Below, piece after piece: positions 44,048 through 45,842 of a DNA stretch of 45,842 nucleotides. The notes under the pieces are model-generated. The model was not told the DNA's origin. It made no database searches and was given only the letters and a program-made list of their open reading frames with translations. Each line of letters opens with the position of its first letter. Position 1 is the stretch's first letter. Position numbers and translations under genes: made by a program. Origin of the DNA: Phycisphaerae bacterium (GTDB lineage: Bacteria > Planctomycetota > Phycisphaerae > FEN-1346); the NCBI GenBank assembly GCA_035530455.1, contig DATKUU010000172.1, forward strand, positions 1 through 45,842. Direction: 5' to 3'.

Positions 44048-45447
44048 TTTCTCTCCTCCTCTTGGTCCGGGGGCGCCAGAGGCACCCCGAGTTCAGTCAG
44101 TGCCAACATCAGTCGTATTTGACTCTCCTTTGAAGGCGGAAGGCCATCGTCCGGCAACCATTGGACGCCGGCGGCGCCGATTTGTTTCTTCGCGCGGTCG
44201 AGTTTCAGCCATTCCCACTCGTCCAGCATCGGGTCATCGCCCAGGATCACCAGACTGTCGGCATCCGCGCCGATTCGCCTCTCCAGGGCCTTCAACTCTT
44301 CGCGAAGTCCTTCAGGCAGGCGATCGGTTCCGCGGACATCCAACACATACGCCGCCCACGGCAAGTCCTTGAAGGCGACGAGCGTCGAAGCGGCTGCCGC
44401 GAGCACCGGCCGATCCTTGCGGTCTATTCTGTCCCGCTTCGGGTGGACGAAGTTCAGGCTGCGCCATGCGACATTCGAAAGAGACGCTTCGGCCGCTGCG
44501 ACCAGCGTTGCCCGCAGCAGTTCGTCGGCCTCCTCCCTCCGGCCGAGTTGCTCCGCCCAGGGCAGGTAACTCAAGACCACGGGACGCATCGCCGCCGGGG
44601 GGCTGCCGGCCACGGCAACCGCCTCCACCAGCGGCAGGCTGTCCCTGTCGGCGATCCATGCCCATCGGTTGGCTATCATGCCGCAGGGCTGCCGACGCGA
44701 GCGGAACTCCAGCGCGCCGGCCCACGTTTGCTTGCCGGTGATTGCCAGCAAATCTCTTCGCATCTGCCCCCCTCCGACAGCCACGGGGCTAGCGGAATCG
44801 CCGCCCCCCTTACTGAACCACTCGGTAAAGAAATCGAGGAAGAGAATGTTGACGGCTTTCTCGTTCGCGAGTTTCACCACGTGAACCGGATCTCTTCTGC
44901 CGGTTGCGTTTGGGCTGAGGATCAAGAGCGTCTTAGTGTCCTCGCCAACCTGGCCGAGTTCGGCGGTCGGCAACCCCGCCGGCGTGATGGTCTTCAACGG
45001 GAGTCCTGTGGCCGTCGCCCACTGGTCGAACCAGGAGGGCACCCCGCAGGAGTAGAGAACGATCTTTTCGTCCCACGCCACGTCCTGGTCGGGGTAGGCG
45101 ACGAGTTCGCCCACGATGTGCCTGCTGTTTTGCTCGATGATCGAGAAAACGGTCGGCACGCGCACCTTCGGCACGGCCATGTCGGCCGAGGCGGAGGCCG
45201 AGGAGACCGCGACAGGAGCGGGCTTCGACCACGTTCGGCCGAAGGCGCTCAGGACAACGTTCAACTTCGCCAGCCCCGGATGCGGCCAGCCGAAAGGATG
45301 CAGCCAGACGCGCATCTCCTGTCCGCCCCGTGCGAACGTCACCGGCGGCGGAGGCGGCTTGACTTCCATATCCACGGCCTGGGCGCGAGCGACCGTGAAC
45401 GGCATCGCAACCATCACCGCCAGCAACATGGAACCCAGTGGCCGCAT
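44044..45447 (-). CDS. exported hypothetical protein (467 aa)
   Basis: ATG 45447 lies 8 nt after AGGAG. Signal MRPLGSMLLAVMVAMPFTVARAQA. High GC3. No family recognised. Confidence 0.75.
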   Translation of the reverse strand: MRPLGSMLLAVMVAMPFTVARAQAVDMEVKPPPPPVTFARGGQEMRVWLHPFGWPHPGLAKLNVVLSAFGRTWSKPAPVAVSSASASADMAVPKVRVPTVFSIIEQNSRHIVGELVAYPDQDVAWDEKIVLYSCGVPSWFDQWATATGLPLKTITPAGLPTAELGQVGEDTKTLLILSPNATGRRDPVHVVKLANEKAVNILFLDFFTEWFSKGGGDSASPVAVGGGQMRRDLLAITGKQTWAGALEFRSRRQPCGMIANRWAWIADRDSLPLVEAVAVAGSPPAAMRPVVLSYLPWAEQLGRREEADELLRATLVAAAEASLSNVAWRSLNFVHPKRDRIDRKDRPVLAAAASTLVAFKDLPWAAYVLDVRGTDRLPEGLREELKALERRIGADADSLVILGDDPMLDEWEWLKLDRAKKQIGAAGVQWLPDDGLPPSKESQIRLMLALTELGVPLAPPDQEEERK

Positions 45448-45458
45448 CAGTTCCGCTC

Positions 45459-45842
45459 CTACCGCATCGGCCAGGCGGACGCCTCGACGTTCAGCACCTT
45501 CTCGCCCAAGGCCAGTTGGCCCAGCGAGGTCTCGGCCAGGCCGATGCGGCGCCGGCCCGCGAGGCTGGCGACGGTCGGCTGCCGCCCGTCCCCATCGACG
45601 GCAATGGCGTACTGCATCTCCACCTTGCCGTTGACGGTGCGCGGCGCGAGGTACACCCGCAGGCCCGCTCGGCCGGGCGATTCGGCGGGCAGTTCGATGA
45701 CGGCCGACCGGTCCTCCCGACAGACGATCACAAGCGTCCGCGCGGCTTGCCCTGAGCCTGTCGAACGGGCTGCGTCGGGGCCGGCGGGCCCCAACTTCAA
45801 CAGCACGGCGATGGGTGTTTGGCCGGCCTCCGTCCCCCCGGC
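45459..45842 (-). CDS. 3' part of a hypothetical protein gene; first visible gene of the operon, 5' end outside the window
   Basis: The frame stays open from the right window edge to TAG at 45461-45459, 11 nt before the next start. Translation: ...LVIVCREDRSAVIELPAESPGRAGLRVYLAPRTVNGKVEMQYAIAVDGDGRQP.... No family recognised. Confidence 0.6.
   Translation of the reverse strand, partial: AGGTEAGQTPIAVLLKLGPAGPDAARSTGSGQAARTLVIVCREDRSAVIELPAESPGRAGLRVYLAPRTVNGKVEMQYAIAVDGDGRQPTVASLAGRRRIGLAETSLGQLALGEKVLNVEASAWPMR

Overview
GC-rich bacterial chromosomal window in three parts. (1) 1-12.6 kb holds ordinary housekeeping and envelope genes: an OmpA-family lipoprotein, aroC, purC, a GH10-like TIM-barrel protein, a ComEA-like HhH protein, uvrB, nadC and birA. 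It also holds two small membrane proteins, one a membrane-tethered HTH protein. (2) 12.7-26 kb is a mosaic/accessory stretch. It contains a 212-bp MITE-like element carrying an internally deleted Y1 (IS200/RAYT-type) transposase relic. A complete single-ORF IS66-family element there has removed the 5' end of a repetitive PEP-CTERM surface protein. The rest of this stretch holds DUF72, an HU-family gene, a 22-codon basic ORF, a GIY-YIG nuclease, an uncharacterised 272-aa protein, an EEP-family lipoprotein and an exported HEAT-repeat protein. Three copies of a short repeat beginning with a TGTAGAAT box are scattered through it. (3) 26-45.8 kb lies entirely on the minus strand. It encodes a 2050-aa thioester (CTEQ) alpha-2-macroglobulin. 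Upstream of that is a tightly packed, translationally coupled operon of five complete CDS plus one running off the right edge. The five complete products all start with signal-peptide-like N-termini (the sixth lacks its N-terminus). Four are built from tandem CsgG/LpoB-like alpha/beta modules fused to helical, beta-propeller-like or PstS-like domains. This operon is my best candidate for an undescribed envelope system, but its function cannot be read from the sequence. I saw no rRNA, tRNA or CRISPR array. Many long ORFs in the six-frame track are antisense shadows typical of GC-rich DNA and were not called. The lineage guess (Planctomycetota/PVC-like, from the PEP-CTERM signal, gene style and GC richness) is inference only. 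All family assignments are by-eye motif recognition, not searches.
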